DNA of 59,770 nucleotides, filler included, from Myxococcota bacterium (GTDB taxonomy: Bacteria; Myxococcota; Myxococcia; Myxococcales; Myxococcaceae): the NCBI GenBank assembly GCA_049322255.1. It is 5 parts of 5 records of this genome, joined end to end, with 100 filler letters (N's around TTAATTAATTAA, not from the genome) between each part and the next. Parts side by side here need not be neighbours in the genome. Positions count along the whole stretch, not along the records: positions 1 to 12,411 come from JBMORE010000120.1; positions 12,512 to 24,862 come from JBMORE010000121.1; 3 more parts are not named here. The stretch is one strand, 5' to 3'. Positions 8,155 to 18,096 of this stretch are shown here, in pieces (position 1 is the stretch's first letter; each line of letters starts with the position of its first letter). The translations under genes were made by a program, and so were the position numbers. The notes under the pieces were generated by a model, which made no database searches, had not been told where the DNA came from, and was given only the letters and a program-made list of their open reading frames with translations.

Positions 8155-9336
8155 GTGGCGCGAGAAGTCGTCATCGTAGGAGCAGCGCGCACCCCCGTCG
8201 GTGCATTTTTGGGAGCGCTGTCGGCGTTGAGCGCTCCACAGCTCGGAGCAGCGGCGATCAAGGCCGCGCTCGAGCGCGCCGGCGTCGCTCCCAAAACGGT
8301 CGACGAGGTGCTGATGGGTTGCGTGCTCCAGGCGGGCATCGGACAGGCGCCCGCGCGGCAGGCGGCCATCTTCGCCGGGCTGCCCGACAGCGTGCCTTGC
8401 GTGACGGTGAACAAGGTGTGTGGCTCGGGGCTCAAGTCGATCATCCAGGGTGCACAGGCGATCGCCCTGGGCGACGCCGACGTCGTCGTCGCCGGGGGCA
8501 TGGAGTCGATGAGCAACGCCCCCTACCTCTCTCACGCGCTCCGCGGTGGGGCGCGCATGGGCCACACCGAATTCAAAGACGCGATGGTCCACGACGGGCT
8601 GTGGGACGTCTACGGTCAGGTGCACATGGGCAGCTGCGCCGAAAAGTGCGCCGCCGAGTACAAAATCTCCCGTTCCGCGCAAGACGAGTACGCCGTCGAA
8701 TCGACCCGGCGGGCGCAGAAGGCGGTGGCCGAGGGAGCGTTCAAGGCAGAGATCGCCGCCGTCAGCGTGCCCCAGAAGAAGGGCGACCCGCTGGTGGTGA
8801 CCGAAGACGAAGGGCCCAAGAGCGCCAAACCCGACAAGCTTCCTTCCCTCAAGCCGGTGTTTCAAAAGGACGGCACGGTGACCGCGGGAAATTCCTCGTC
8901 GATCAACGACGGCGCGGCGGCGGTGGTGCTGATGAGCGCTGAGCGCGCGAAGGCGGAAGGCAAGGCGGTGCTGGGCCGGGTGGTCGGGTACGCCGGCGCT
9001 GCGCGCAAACCCTCCGAGTTCACCGTGGCACCCGCCGACGCGATCAACAACCTGATGGCGAAGACCCAACTGAAGACCTCGGACGTCGACCTGTGGGAGA
9101 TCAACGAAGCCTTCGCGGTGGTGGCGATCGCCAACAACCGCCTGCTCGAGCTCGACCCGGCGAAGGTGAACGTGCGCGGCGGCGCGGTGGGCGGGCTGGG
9201 GCACCCGATCGGCTCTTCGGGCGCGCGCCTGTTGGTGACGCTGCTCCACACCATGAAGGACCTGGGCAAGAAGCGCGGAGTGGTTTCGCTGTGCATCGGC
9301 GGCGGCGAAGGCATTGCCCTCTTGGTCGAGCGCTGA
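8155..9336 (+). CDS. atoB: Acetyl-CoA C-acetyltransferase (thiolase)
   Basis: GTG start after an AAGGAGG SD; NKVCGSG (active Cys), [26 protein letters not shown]. Confidence 0.93.
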   Translation: MAREVVIVGAARTPVGAFLGALSALSAPQLGAAAIKAALERAGVAPKTVDEVLMGCVLQAGIGQAPARQAAIFAGLPDSVPCVTVNKVCGSGLKSIIQGAQAIALGDADVVVAGGMESMSNAPYLSHALRGGARMGHTEFKDAMVHDGLWDVYGQVHMGSCAEKCAAEYKISRSAQDEYAVESTRRAQKAVAEGAFKAEIAAVSVPQKKGDPLVVTEDEGPKSAKPDKLPSLKPVFQKDGTVTAGNSSSINDGAAAVVLMSAERAKAEGKAVLGRVVGYAGAARKPSEFTVAPADAINNLMAKTQLKTSDVDLWEINEAFAVVAIANNRLLELDPAKVNVRGGAVGGLGHPIGSSGARLLVTLLHTMKDLGKKRGVVSLCIGGGEGIALLVER

Positions 9337-9340
9337 TTCA

Positions 9341-9373
9341 CCCCTCTCCCCGTGGGAGAGGGTAAGGGTGAGG
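9341..9373 (+). repeat. 33-bp REP-like intergenic palindromic repeat, copy 1
   Basis: CCCCTCTCCCCGTGGGAGAGGGTAAGGGTGAGG with hairpin CCCTCTCCC/GGGAGAGGG; identical copy at 41956-41988. Confidence 0.85.
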
Positions 9374-9383
9374 GACCAAATTC

Positions 9384-10082
9384 ATGAACAAATTAGTCCC
9401 GACGATAGACGAAGCGATTCGCGACATCACAGACGGCGCCGTCATCATGAGCGGCGGCTTCGGGCTGTGCGGCAACCCCGAGCACCTCATCGCCGCCCTC
9501 CACCGAAAAGGGGTGAAGAACCTCACCCTCATCTCCAACAACTGCGGCACCACCGAGCTCGGCCTGGGCATTCTGCTCAAGTCACGCCAGGTGAAGAAGA
9601 TGGTGTCCAGCTACGTGGGAGAGAACAAGGAGTTCGAACGCCAGTTCCTCGCGGGCGAGCTGGAGGTCGAGCTCAACCCTCAAGGGACGCTGGCGGAGCG
9701 CATTCGCGCCGGCGGGTGCGGGCTCGGCGGCTTCTTCACCCCCACCGGTGTCGGCACCCAAGTAGCCCAAGGGAAGGAGACCCGGGTCATCGACGGCCGC
9801 GAGTACGTGCTCGAGCGACCACTCGAGGCCGACTTCGCCCTCGTGCGCGCTTGGAAGGGCGACCGCTGGGGAAACCTCGTCTTCCGCAAGACGGCGCGCA
9901 ACTTCTCACCGCTGATGTGCATGGCGGCGAAGGTGACCATCGCCGAGGTGGAGCACCTGGTGGAGGTGGGCGAGCTCGACCCCGACCAGGTGCACGTGCC
10001 GTCGATCTTCGTCAAGCGGGTGGTGAAGGGCGGCAAGTACGAGAAGTGGATCGAGAAACGCACCGTGCGGCCAAGGAGCTAA
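9384..10082 (+). CDS. scoA: 3-oxoacid CoA-transferase subunit A
   Basis: [42 protein letters not shown]. Confidence 0.95.
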   Translation: MNKLVPTIDEAIRDITDGAVIMSGGFGLCGNPEHLIAALHRKGVKNLTLISNNCGTTELGLGILLKSRQVKKMVSSYVGENKEFERQFLAGELEVELNPQGTLAERIRAGGCGLGGFFTPTGVGTQVAQGKETRVIDGREYVLERPLEADFALVRAWKGDRWGNLVFRKTARNFSPLMCMAAKVTIAEVEHLVEVGELDPDQVHVPSIFVKRVVKGGKYEKWIEKRTVRPRS

Positions 10083-10087
10083 AGCGC

Positions 10088-10744
10088 ATGCCCCTGACTC
10101 GAGAGCAGATCGCCCAGCGCGTCGCCCAAGACTTGCGCGACGGCTACTACGTCAACCTAGGCATCGGCATGCCCACCCTGGTGGCCAACTACATTCCCCA
10201 GGGCGCGGAGGTGCTCTTGCACTCCGAGAACGGGCTTTTGGGCATCGGCCCCTGGCCGGCGGAGGGCGAGGAGGACCCAGACCTCATCAACGCCGGCAAG
10301 GAGACGGTCACCGCCATCGCCGGTGCGGCGTACTTCGATTCGGCGCAATCCTTCGCGATGATCCGGGGTGGCCACGTGGACATGGCGGTGCTCGGCGCGA
10401 TGGAGGTCTCGGCTCAGGGTGACCTCGCCAACTGGATGATTCCGGGGAAGATGGTGAAGGGCATGGGCGGCGCGATGGACCTCGCGGTGGGCGCCAAGCG
10501 CGTCTACGTGATGATGGAGCACGCCACCAAGGACGGGAAACCGAAGATCTTGAATCAGTGCGCGCTTCCGCTCACCGGCAAGAAGTGCGTGCACCACATC
10601 GTTTCCGACTTGGCGGTCATCGACGTGACGCCCGAGGGGCTGTTGCTTCGCGAGGTCGCGCCGGGGGTGAGCCCCGCCGAGGTGCAAACGCTCACCCAGC
10701 CCAAGCTACGCGTCAGCCCGGAGCTCAGGGAGATGCGCTTTTAG
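10088..10744 (+). CDS. scoB: 3-oxoacid CoA-transferase subunit B
   Basis: [13 protein letters not shown] (catalytic Glu), [20 protein letters not shown]. Confidence 0.95.
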   Translation: MPLTREQIAQRVAQDLRDGYYVNLGIGMPTLVANYIPQGAEVLLHSENGLLGIGPWPAEGEEDPDLINAGKETVTAIAGAAYFDSAQSFAMIRGGHVDMAVLGAMEVSAQGDLANWMIPGKMVKGMGGAMDLAVGAKRVYVMMEHATKDGKPKILNQCALPLTGKKCVHHIVSDLAVIDVTPEGLLLREVAPGVSPAEVQTLTQPKLRVSPELREMRF

Positions 10745-10802
10745 AAGAACGGTGTCATAGTCCCGGCCCGTCTTTGGCTCGACGCGGAGGCTGTCGGAAC
10801 CC

Positions 10803-11189
10803 ATGGCAGAGAAGTTGGACAAGTATAAGAAGGCGCGCCGCGCCGATCGCCTCCAGCACGAGCTTCTGGTCGCCTACCGCACCGTCGACGGCTTCATCAC
10901 CGATTGGGCGGTGAACATCTCGCGCGGGGGCCTCTTCATCAACACGCGCAACCCGCTCGCGGTGGGCACCACCGTGCGCCTCATCATCTCCCTGCCCGAC
11001 ACCGCCTTCCCCTTCGACCTCTCCGGCCGCGTCACCCGCGTCAGCGAGTACGACAACCCCGCCAACCAGGTGCCTGGAATGGGCATCGAGTTCATCGACG
11101 TTGACGAAGAGAAGCGCGCCCGGATCGAGCGGTTCGTCGAGCGACTCCGCAAGGAGCTGCCCGAGCCGGGCCCCTTGCCGAAGAAGTAG
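10803..11189 (+). CDS. PilZ-domain protein (myxobacterial TIGR02266 type)
   Basis: RRADR (RxxxR), NISRGGLFI and GMGIEF. Confidence 0.85.
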   Translation: MAEKLDKYKKARRADRLQHELLVAYRTVDGFITDWAVNISRGGLFINTRNPLAVGTTVRLIISLPDTAFPFDLSGRVTRVSEYDNPANQVPGMGIEFIDVDEEKRARIERFVERLRKELPEPGPLPKK

Positions 11190-11192
11190 CGT

Positions 11193-12411
11193 TTGCCCGA
11201 GGCCGAGCTGCGAATCGAGAGACTCTCCATGCTGGGGGAGGGCGTTGCCCACCTCGATGGGCGCACGGTCTTCGTCGAGGGCGCTCTGCCCGGCGAGCGG
11301 GTGTGCGCCGAGGTTTCGGAGCACGGCAAGGTTCTGCGCGGAGAGCTGTTGGACATTCTCGAGCAGAGCCCGGCCCGCCGCGCCCCTGCCTGCCCGCTCG
11401 CTGCTTCTTGCGGGGGGTGCGACTGGCTGCACGCGGACGAGCGACTCCAGCGTGAGGCGAAGGAGGAGATCGTCCTCTCGGCGCTGGAGCACCTGGCGGG
11501 CATCTCGCGTCAGAGGGTCGAACGTTTGCCGACGGTGGTGTCACCGCGCTCGATGGCTTACCGGCGGCGGGCGGTGCTGCACGTGCAAGGCAAGACACTC
11601 GGCTTCTTCGGGAAGAAGAGCCACGCCCACGTCGACGTGCCTGCCTGCCCCGCCTTGACCGAGCCGCTTTCGATGCTCCCGGGCAGGCTGGGACCGTTGG
11701 TGGCGGCGATGGCCAAAGACTTGGAGTCGGTGACGTTGATCGCGGAAGGAACGCAGGTGAGCCTGGCGTTGCACCTGTCGGGGCCCGTGAAGGCGCGGCA
11801 CCTCGAGCTGACCGAGAGCGCGGTGCGGGCGTTGAAGCTGTCGGGTGCAGTCCTGGTGCCCAAGACTGCCTCGCCGCGGCTGGTGAAAAGCCCGGTGCTG
11901 AGGTCGACTTCGCCCCTTTCGCCAAAGGTGCCGATGTACTCGCGGCCCGATGCCTTCGTGCAGGCGAACGCCGAGGCGAACGTGGCGCTGGTGACCTCGG
12001 CCGTCGTCGCGCTCGGTGCCAAGGAGCACGACCGGGTGCTCGAGCTGTACTGCGGCCAGGGAAATTTCACCTTCGCCATCGCCGGCACGGCCGCCTCGGT
12101 GCTGGCGGTGGAGTCGTCGGGCGTTTCGCTGGAGCTGGCGCGGCGAAGCGCACAGGAGGGGAGGGTGGACAACGTTCGTTTCGTGCAAGGGGAGGCGGCG
12201 AAGGTGGTGAAGGGGCTTTTCGCGGAAGGGGCGCGCTTCGACCTCTTGCTTGCCGACCCACCGCGCGCCGGAGCGCCGGGCCTCTCCCACTGGGCGCGGA
12301 TGCTCGGAGCGCGTCGGGTCGTCTACGTGGCGTGCGATCCGGCGGCGCTCGCCCGCGACGCCCGCGAGCTTCGGGTCGCGGGCTTTCGGCCCCACACGCT
12401 CCAAATCGTCG
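11193..12411 (+). CDS. TRAM-domain RNA (uracil-5)-methyltransferase, RlmD/TrmA family (3' end cut by contig end)
   Basis: GALPGE, CPLAASCGGC Fe-S motif, FVQAN, ELYCGQGNF, DPPRAG, YVACDP; runs into the linker. Confidence 0.88.
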
Positions 12412-12511
12412 NNNNNNNNNNNNNNNNNNNNNNNNNNNNNNNNNNNNNNNNNNNNTTAATTAATTAANNNNNNNNNNNNNNNNNNNNNNNNNNNNNNNNN
12501 NNNNNNNNNNN
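12412..12511. other. Artificial contig linker
   Basis: N44-TTAATTAATTAA-N44 (stops in all six frames). Confidence 0.99.
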
Positions 12512-12664
12512 ATCCGCGCTCTTGCCTTGGAACGCTATCGACAGCCGCGTCGCGCACCGCTCCGCCTTCTCCGCGTCCATCGCGTTTTGCGCCCAGGCCG
12601 CTCCCGAGGCCATCACCGCCGCCGCCGTCAGAAGCTTCGTCGTGGTCTGAATCCGGGTCATCAT
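12512..12664 (-). CDS. N-terminus of a secreted hypothetical protein (partial)
   Basis: MMTRIQTTTKLLTAAAVMASGAAWA signal peptide, GGGGAAGG SD; runs into the linker. Confidence 0.55.
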
Positions 12665-13081
12665 GATCCACCTTCCCCTTTCAGAAGCCAGTCGCTTCGT
12701 CAGGTGGCTCATGAGCAACCCATGTGCCCAAAGCGCGACCCGCCACTTTTCCAGTGCGGTTGCGCGCGCCGTCACACTCGAGCGGAGATCAGCGCACATG
12801 CGGAAGGTGTCGTTTCAGCCCCTTAGCCAATGAAAAGGGGGTTTACCCAACCTGTGCACTGGAGCAGGCAGCTACCACTTCGATTGCTACCCGCAGATGT
12901 CAGTCGGCGCGGCGGCGCTGCTCGGCTTCGATCATGGGAAGTGGGTGAAGGCAGCTGCCTACTTTCCTCGCCGAAGAAAGACGCCTCTTGCCTACACAGA
13001 CCTCACTGACGGAGCGGAATCTTGGGTCTTTAGGGCGAGCAAGATGCCGGAACATTGGTTGCACCCCAGCCAAGGCACGCC

Positions 13082-14215
13082 ATGCTTCGTTTTCGCCGGG
13101 GTCTTGCAGCTCTCGTTGCCGTTGCCGCGTGTGGCTCGCCCACGGTTCCTCAGGCCGGGGATGCGACCGGCGGTGACGGTGGCGACGAGCTCGATGCAGG
13201 CGTTGACGCCGGAATGGGTGGAGGCTCCGGCCAGGGCGAGTGCCAGGGGCAGATCGTCGACGGCGGAACGGGGTGGGTGCCACTCATCGACATGGTCGGC
13301 TGCACCTACCGGGGTTTTGCAGGAGGGCTTTATCCAAACGGATCGAGCTCGATGCCGTCTTCACACCTCGCCGAGGGTGTCTCGCGCGCGAAGGCCATCG
13401 TTCCTTTGGATGTAGACGGCGGCGCCAGCACATCGGGGAAATACGTGTTGCTGTCGATCGGCATGTCGAACACGACGCAGGAGTTCTGCTCGCGCAGCTC
13501 CAACCTGCCGTGCAACCCCTGGACGTTCATGGGGCAGGCCGCAGCTGACACGGCGGTGAACGCCACGACGCTGGCCATCGTGAACGGTGCGCAAGGCGGG
13601 AAAGCGGCGGCGTTTTGGGACTCGCCGACCGACCCCGACTACGACCGTGTTCGAGACACCAAGCTGACTCCCCAGGGACTGACCGAGAAGCAGGTCGTCG
13701 CGGTGTGGATAAAGGTCGCCAACCCCTCTCCGACGAACGCGCTCCCCTCTGCCCAAGCCGACGCCTACACCTTGGTGCGCCAGGTGGGAGACATCTTGCG
13801 CGCAGCCAAGGTCCGCTACCCCAATCTTCGGCTCGCCTACCTATCGAATCGAATCTTTGCGGGTTACGCCGTCTCCCAACTCAACCCGGAGCCCTACGCC
13901 TACGAATCGGGGCTGGCGATGAAGTGGGTCGTCGAAGCTCAGATCAACCAAATGGCCGGAGGCACCGCCGATGCCCGCGCCGGAAATCTGAGCTACGCCA
14001 CGGTGGCCCCCTGGGTCGCCTGGGGCCCTTACTTGTGGGCCGACGGGCCAACGCCGAACAGTCAGGGGCTGTTCTTCACGCACGCGGATCTCGAGCTCGA
14101 TGGCACGCACCCTTCTTCATCTGGCGAGAACAAGGTGGCCGCGTTGCTGCTGAGCTTCTTCAAGAGCTCGCCGACGACGAAGTGCTGGTTCGTCACACAA
14201 GGCAGCTGCCCTTAG
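13082..14215 (+). CDS. Lipoprotein with probable SGNH/GDSL-like hydrolase domain
   Basis: Lipobox VAAC, DAG/DGG linker, SIGMSN (block I-like), NGAQGG (block II-like) and DGTHPS (DxxH block V). Confidence 0.65.
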   Translation: MLRFRRGLAALVAVAACGSPTVPQAGDATGGDGGDELDAGVDAGMGGGSGQGECQGQIVDGGTGWVPLIDMVGCTYRGFAGGLYPNGSSSMPSSHLAEGVSRAKAIVPLDVDGGASTSGKYVLLSIGMSNTTQEFCSRSSNLPCNPWTFMGQAAADTAVNATTLAIVNGAQGGKAAAFWDSPTDPDYDRVRDTKLTPQGLTEKQVVAVWIKVANPSPTNALPSAQADAYTLVRQVGDILRAAKVRYPNLRLAYLSNRIFAGYAVSQLNPEPYAYESGLAMKWVVEAQINQMAGGTADARAGNLSYATVAPWVAWGPYLWADGPTPNSQGLFFTHADLELDGTHPSSSGENKVAALLLSFFKSSPTTKCWFVTQGSCP

Positions 14216-14229
14216 CGAAAGGAGCCTCG

Positions 14230-15741
14230 ATGCGCCGTCGAGCTTTGAGCCACTGGATGCCGGCAGGGGTCGGCTTGCTTGCAGTCGCCGCCACGAGCTG
14301 CCATTGCGGAGGCACCCTCCGCCGCGTCGATGCGGCCGTCACCGTGGAGCCAACGGAGCTCGACTTCGGCACGCTCCGAGTGGGTGCGGTGAAGCGCTTG
14401 GCGCTCACTGTGCGCAACGAGGGCGTGGTGACGGTGCGCCTGCAAGAGCCGTTCATCTCCGAAGACGTGCGGGGCGCCTTCACCGTCGGAACGGTACCGG
14501 GCTCATTGCTTCCCGGAACCAACGTGACGATAGACGTCACCTACTTCGCGCCCACCGAGGAGGGCGCGGACACGGCGTTTCTCACCGTTGCCAGCGATGG
14601 CGACCCGGCCGAGCACCGCATACTGCTTCGCGGCCAGGCCGTGGCTGCGTGCCCCAAAGGCCTCCTGGAGTGCGCGGGCCAGTGTGTCGACCCTCTTTCC
14701 GATGTTGCGCACTGCGGGGGCTGTGACCGCGCCTGCGTCGCTACCCAAACCTGCCTCGATGGTCGATGCCGCTGCCAACCGATGGGCTGCGGAGACCTGG
14801 GCAAGCAGTGTGGCTCCTGGCCCGATGGTTGTGGGGGGACCGTGGAATGCGGCGGCTGCGTTGCCCCGCGAGCCTGCGCTGCTTCGGGCCAGTGCGAGGG
14901 TGGCAACGTCGGTCGACTGTTCATGACGAATTTTTTGGACAGCGTCGTTCGAGTCTCGGTGGACCAGGGGGTGACCTGGACGACGGTGGGTCGATACAGC
15001 AACCGTGGGCCCAGCTTCGGCACGATGGTGATGGACCCCACCGGTCGCTTGTACGTCGCCGAGTCGAGCGCGACTGCGGGGAACGTCTACCGCTCGGAGG
15101 ACAACGGGGCCAGTTGGAGCCTGGCGGCCTCGGTGCCGAACGCCCCCGGTGCAACAGTCATCGCGTCGGATCCTCGCGGCTGTCTCTACCTGACCGGCTC
15201 GGGCGGCGACGTGTTTACTTCGGCCGACCACGGGAGCTCCTGGAGGCAGGTTGGGAACTGGGGCCAGTCTGGTTTCAAGGTTGCCATGAGCAGCGATGCG
15301 TCGGGGCGGCTGTTCTTGGCCGAAGCTGCGTGGGGAGGAGGCAGGGTCTTCTTGTCCACGGACCAGGGCAGAACGTGGTCACTCCAGGGGGCGGTGGCCA
15401 AGACGGGAAACAACGCGGCGACCATCGCCAGCCTTTCTGGAGCTCGCCTCGTCGGTCTGCAGGGAGGCCTCCCGGCGCACATCTTTGTCAGCACGGACAC
15501 GGGGATGAGCTGGTCGCAGATCGGCTCGATTCCCGACAGCATTCAACGGATGACGGCCACCGCCACCGACGAGCTCTACACCGTTTCCAACAACTCCAGC
15601 GTACTTCGGGTGTTCCGCTCCGGCGACCACGGCGTCAGCTGGACGCAGCAGTCGGCCTTCTCCAATGGAACGGCCGGTGGGGGATGGGCGGATATTGCGG
15701 CAGACTACCCCTTCGCTCCGCTCGCCGAGCCATGCAGATGA
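14230..15741 (+). CDS. Secreted/lipoprotein: ASH/choice-of-anchor-D Ig-like domain + Cys-rich repeats + Asp-box (BNR) beta-propeller
   Basis: Signal ending ATSCHC; VEPTELDFG...LTVRNEG; CVDPLSDVAHCGGC and CGSWPDGCGGTVECG; six SxDxGxxW boxes. Confidence 0.75.
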   Translation: MRRRALSHWMPAGVGLLAVAATSCHCGGTLRRVDAAVTVEPTELDFGTLRVGAVKRLALTVRNEGVVTVRLQEPFISEDVRGAFTVGTVPGSLLPGTNVTIDVTYFAPTEEGADTAFLTVASDGDPAEHRILLRGQAVAACPKGLLECAGQCVDPLSDVAHCGGCDRACVATQTCLDGRCRCQPMGCGDLGKQCGSWPDGCGGTVECGGCVAPRACAASGQCEGGNVGRLFMTNFLDSVVRVSVDQGVTWTTVGRYSNRGPSFGTMVMDPTGRLYVAESSATAGNVYRSEDNGASWSLAASVPNAPGATVIASDPRGCLYLTGSGGDVFTSADHGSSWRQVGNWGQSGFKVAMSSDASGRLFLAEAAWGGGRVFLSTDQGRTWSLQGAVAKTGNNAATIASLSGARLVGLQGGLPAHIFVSTDTGMSWSQIGSIPDSIQRMTATATDELYTVSNNSSVLRVFRSGDHGVSWTQQSAFSNGTAGGGWADIAADYPFAPLAEPCR

Positions 15742-15818
15742 GCTCGCTGGTGAAGTGAGCCCGTCGTCCATCGCGCCTTGGGCTTTCGGTCGGCCAGGAA
15801 GACGGGCATGGTCTTACG

Positions 15819-17369
15819 GTGACCTTCCTTGGGGAAGTAGACGAAGAGGCCTTGGCGCTTCCGCGCGAGAGTGCCGAACGGCGGCGCAGCGGGGCCTACT
15901 TCACCCCCGCCCCCCTGGTGCGAACGGTGCTCGAGCACGCGGCGCACCACGTCCCGGCCCACGAGCGCCTGGCGGTGGTCGACCCAGCGTGCGGCGCCGG
16001 CGCTTTCCTCGCCGCGGCGAAGCAGCGTTTTCCCCAAGCGTCGCTCCACGGGCTGGAGCTGTCCCCCACCAGCGCCGCCACTTGCCGAGAACGGGTGGGC
16101 TTCGCCGACGTCGACGTGGGCGACGCTTTACGCGGGGGTTTGGACGCGCTCCTTTCGCGCATTCCCCAAGGAGCGTTCGAGCTGTGGGTGGGAAACCCGC
16201 CGTACAACGGAACCTCGCCGGTGCTCGCGGACAAACAGGCGTACGCGCGGCTTCTGCCTTCCGACTTCTCGCCTCCTCGCGGAACCAGCCTGCGCGATGA
16301 CTTCGCGTTTTTTCTCCTCCTCGCCGCGCTCCGGCTGCAAAGCCGACGCGGGGTGCTGGCCTTCATCACCAGCGCCACTTTGCTCGATGCCTTCCTCTAT
16401 GCGCCGATGCGAGAAGCGTTGCTGCGAAAGCTCCACTTGCGGGAGGTGATCGATCTGGGCGCGGGCGCCTTCGCGAATACCAAGGTGAAAACCTGCATCA
16501 CCGTGTGGACTTCGCCAGGCCCAACGCGAGGAACGGTGCGATACCAGGGGCGCGGCTTTGCGGACTCGTTCACACCCGCAGGCCCTGAATACCTGCTGCG
16601 CCCCACCAGCACCCAGGCGCAGGCGCTCGACGACCACTGGCGCGCCACGGGAGAGCCGCTGTCGCAGCTGGTTCCGGTGAGCTTCCCCGGCCTGAAGACC
16701 CGCTTCGACGAGCTGTTGGTGGATGAAGACCCCCAGCGTCTCCTGGCACGAATCGGCGCTTTTCTCGCCGCACGGCCAAAAGAGCTGGCGCGCTTCGCCC
16801 AGGCGCACCGAATTCCCGACCGCCATTGGGAAAAGTTGCGCACGCTCCATGCGCAGGCTCCGCGAAAGGAAAGCGCCGAGGCCGAGCGGGTGCGCCCCTT
16901 TTTCCGCTATGCGGGCGCTCGCCACCGAGGCACCCTTCCTCCCGAAGCGCGGGCGTACTGCTACCTCGACCGCCGCCTCATTCCTCGCGGAGACCATCGG
17001 CTGCGCGGCGCGTACGACCCGCACGCCGGTACGGTGAAGCTGGTGTTCAACACCCGCGAGCTTCCCTTGGCGGCGGCGCTCCTCGAGGAAGCAGGCTGTG
17101 TCCACGACCATCGGCACGCCCGCTTCGCCCCGCTGCTCGTCCCGGAGCGAATTCTCACCGAGGGGCTGGGGGTGACCCGCCGGGGAAACGACTTCGGCCC
17201 TTTGGTGCCCAACCTCTCCCCGCGGGCGCGAGGGCTCGGCGAGCCGCTGGAGGTTTTCCGCGCGCTGGTCCGCTTCATCAACTCGGCCCAGGTGCAAGAG
17301 GTGTGGGCGCCCGCCTTCGGGGCGTCGAGAGAGCTGCCGGTCCCGCTCGACGCCCTCATGCTGAAATGA
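15819..17369 (+). CDS. N6-adenine DNA methyltransferase (gamma class, TaqI/Eco57I-like), apparently orphan
   Basis: GAYFTP (motif X), DPACGAGAFL (motif I), GNPPY (motif IV), long C-terminal putative target-recognition region. Confidence 0.8.
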   Translation: MTFLGEVDEEALALPRESAERRRSGAYFTPAPLVRTVLEHAAHHVPAHERLAVVDPACGAGAFLAAAKQRFPQASLHGLELSPTSAATCRERVGFADVDVGDALRGGLDALLSRIPQGAFELWVGNPPYNGTSPVLADKQAYARLLPSDFSPPRGTSLRDDFAFFLLLAALRLQSRRGVLAFITSATLLDAFLYAPMREALLRKLHLREVIDLGAGAFANTKVKTCITVWTSPGPTRGTVRYQGRGFADSFTPAGPEYLLRPTSTQAQALDDHWRATGEPLSQLVPVSFPGLKTRFDELLVDEDPQRLLARIGAFLAARPKELARFAQAHRIPDRHWEKLRTLHAQAPRKESAEAERVRPFFRYAGARHRGTLPPEARAYCYLDRRLIPRGDHRLRGAYDPHAGTVKLVFNTRELPLAAALLEEAGCVHDHRHARFAPLLVPERILTEGLGVTRRGNDFGPLVPNLSPRARGLGEPLEVFRALVRFINSAQVQEVWAPAFGASRELPVPLDALMLK

Positions 17370-17376
17370 CCAGTGG

Positions 17377-17976
17377 CTACTTCTTCATGCCGTTGGGCGC
17401 CGGGGGCTCCGCTCCGCCCACGCCCGGCTCAGCCATGTCGCCCCAGCCGGCCTCCACCATCGACTTCCATTTCCACTGGCCGTTGCGCTTGACGAGCAGG
17501 CCCTGACCTCGCCCGCTGTACTTCTGTTTTCCCATGGTGACGGTGAAGTCGTCGACGTAGGTCACCAGCGAGTCCGAAAGGACGGTGATGTCCCTCTTGT
17601 GGGTCGTCTTCACGTCCTTGGGCATGTCTTCGTAGAAGGGCTTCATCATCGTCGTGTACTCCTCGCGGCTGTGCTCTTTCGCCATGGGCACGCCCTTCGA
17701 GTTGTCGGTCACCATGTAGACGGGGAAGTCGATGCGGGAGAGCATCGCCTCGAAGTCGCCCTTCTTCATCAGCTCTTCCTCCTGCCTGAGGAACTCGGAG
17801 ATCTCCTTCTTCGTCTTGCCTTCGTTGCTGGGTTTGCGCGTCCACGGCCCCATCTTGCTCATGTCCGTCATGCCTCCGGCCTGAGGCACGCCTGGCTTTT
17901 TCTCCATGCTGCCCTGCGCGTACGCGAACCCGCTTGCCAGCACCACCACGGCCACTGCGATCGATGAACACTGCAT
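17377..17976 (-). CDS. Secreted NTF2/SnoaL-fold (DUF4440-like) protein
   Basis: Signal peptide ...ASGFAYA, GGAGGA SD, C-terminal LLVKRNGQWK strand typical of NTF2-like folds. Confidence 0.6.
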   Translation of the reverse strand: MQCSSIAVAVVVLASGFAYAQGSMEKKPGVPQAGGMTDMSKMGPWTRKPSNEGKTKKEISEFLRQEEELMKKGDFEAMLSRIDFPVYMVTDNSKGVPMAKEHSREEYTTMMKPFYEDMPKDVKTTHKRDITVLSDSLVTYVDDFTVTMGKQKYSGRGQGLLVKRNGQWKWKSMVEAGWGDMAEPGVGGAEPPAPNGMKK

Positions 17977-18096
17977 GTTTTCCTCCCGTTTGGGTTTTGG
18001 GTGCATGCGGCGTAGGCGAGCCATGGGGCGCTCGCAAAGCGCGCCGGGGCCGGAGCTCTCTAAAGCGAACGAATTCCCGTCGCGGTGCGTTGGTTT

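Noticed and set aside
9175..9225. Thiolase loop [10 protein letters not shown] one residue longer than the usual GGAxALGHP
   Set aside because: Catalytic residues are intact; a single-codon variant or sequencing noise cannot be interpreted.
7060..9249. Many long antisense or alternate-frame ORFs (e.g. 7060-9249, 26816-29104, 39155-41980, 40260-42074)
   Set aside because: Shadow ORFs expected in high-GC DNA overlapping well-supported genes; no motifs recognised.
8155..10744. Thiolase-scoAB as part of the sphingolipid locus
   Set aside because: Separated from it by rpsA and its terminator; an ordinary acetoacetate-utilisation set.
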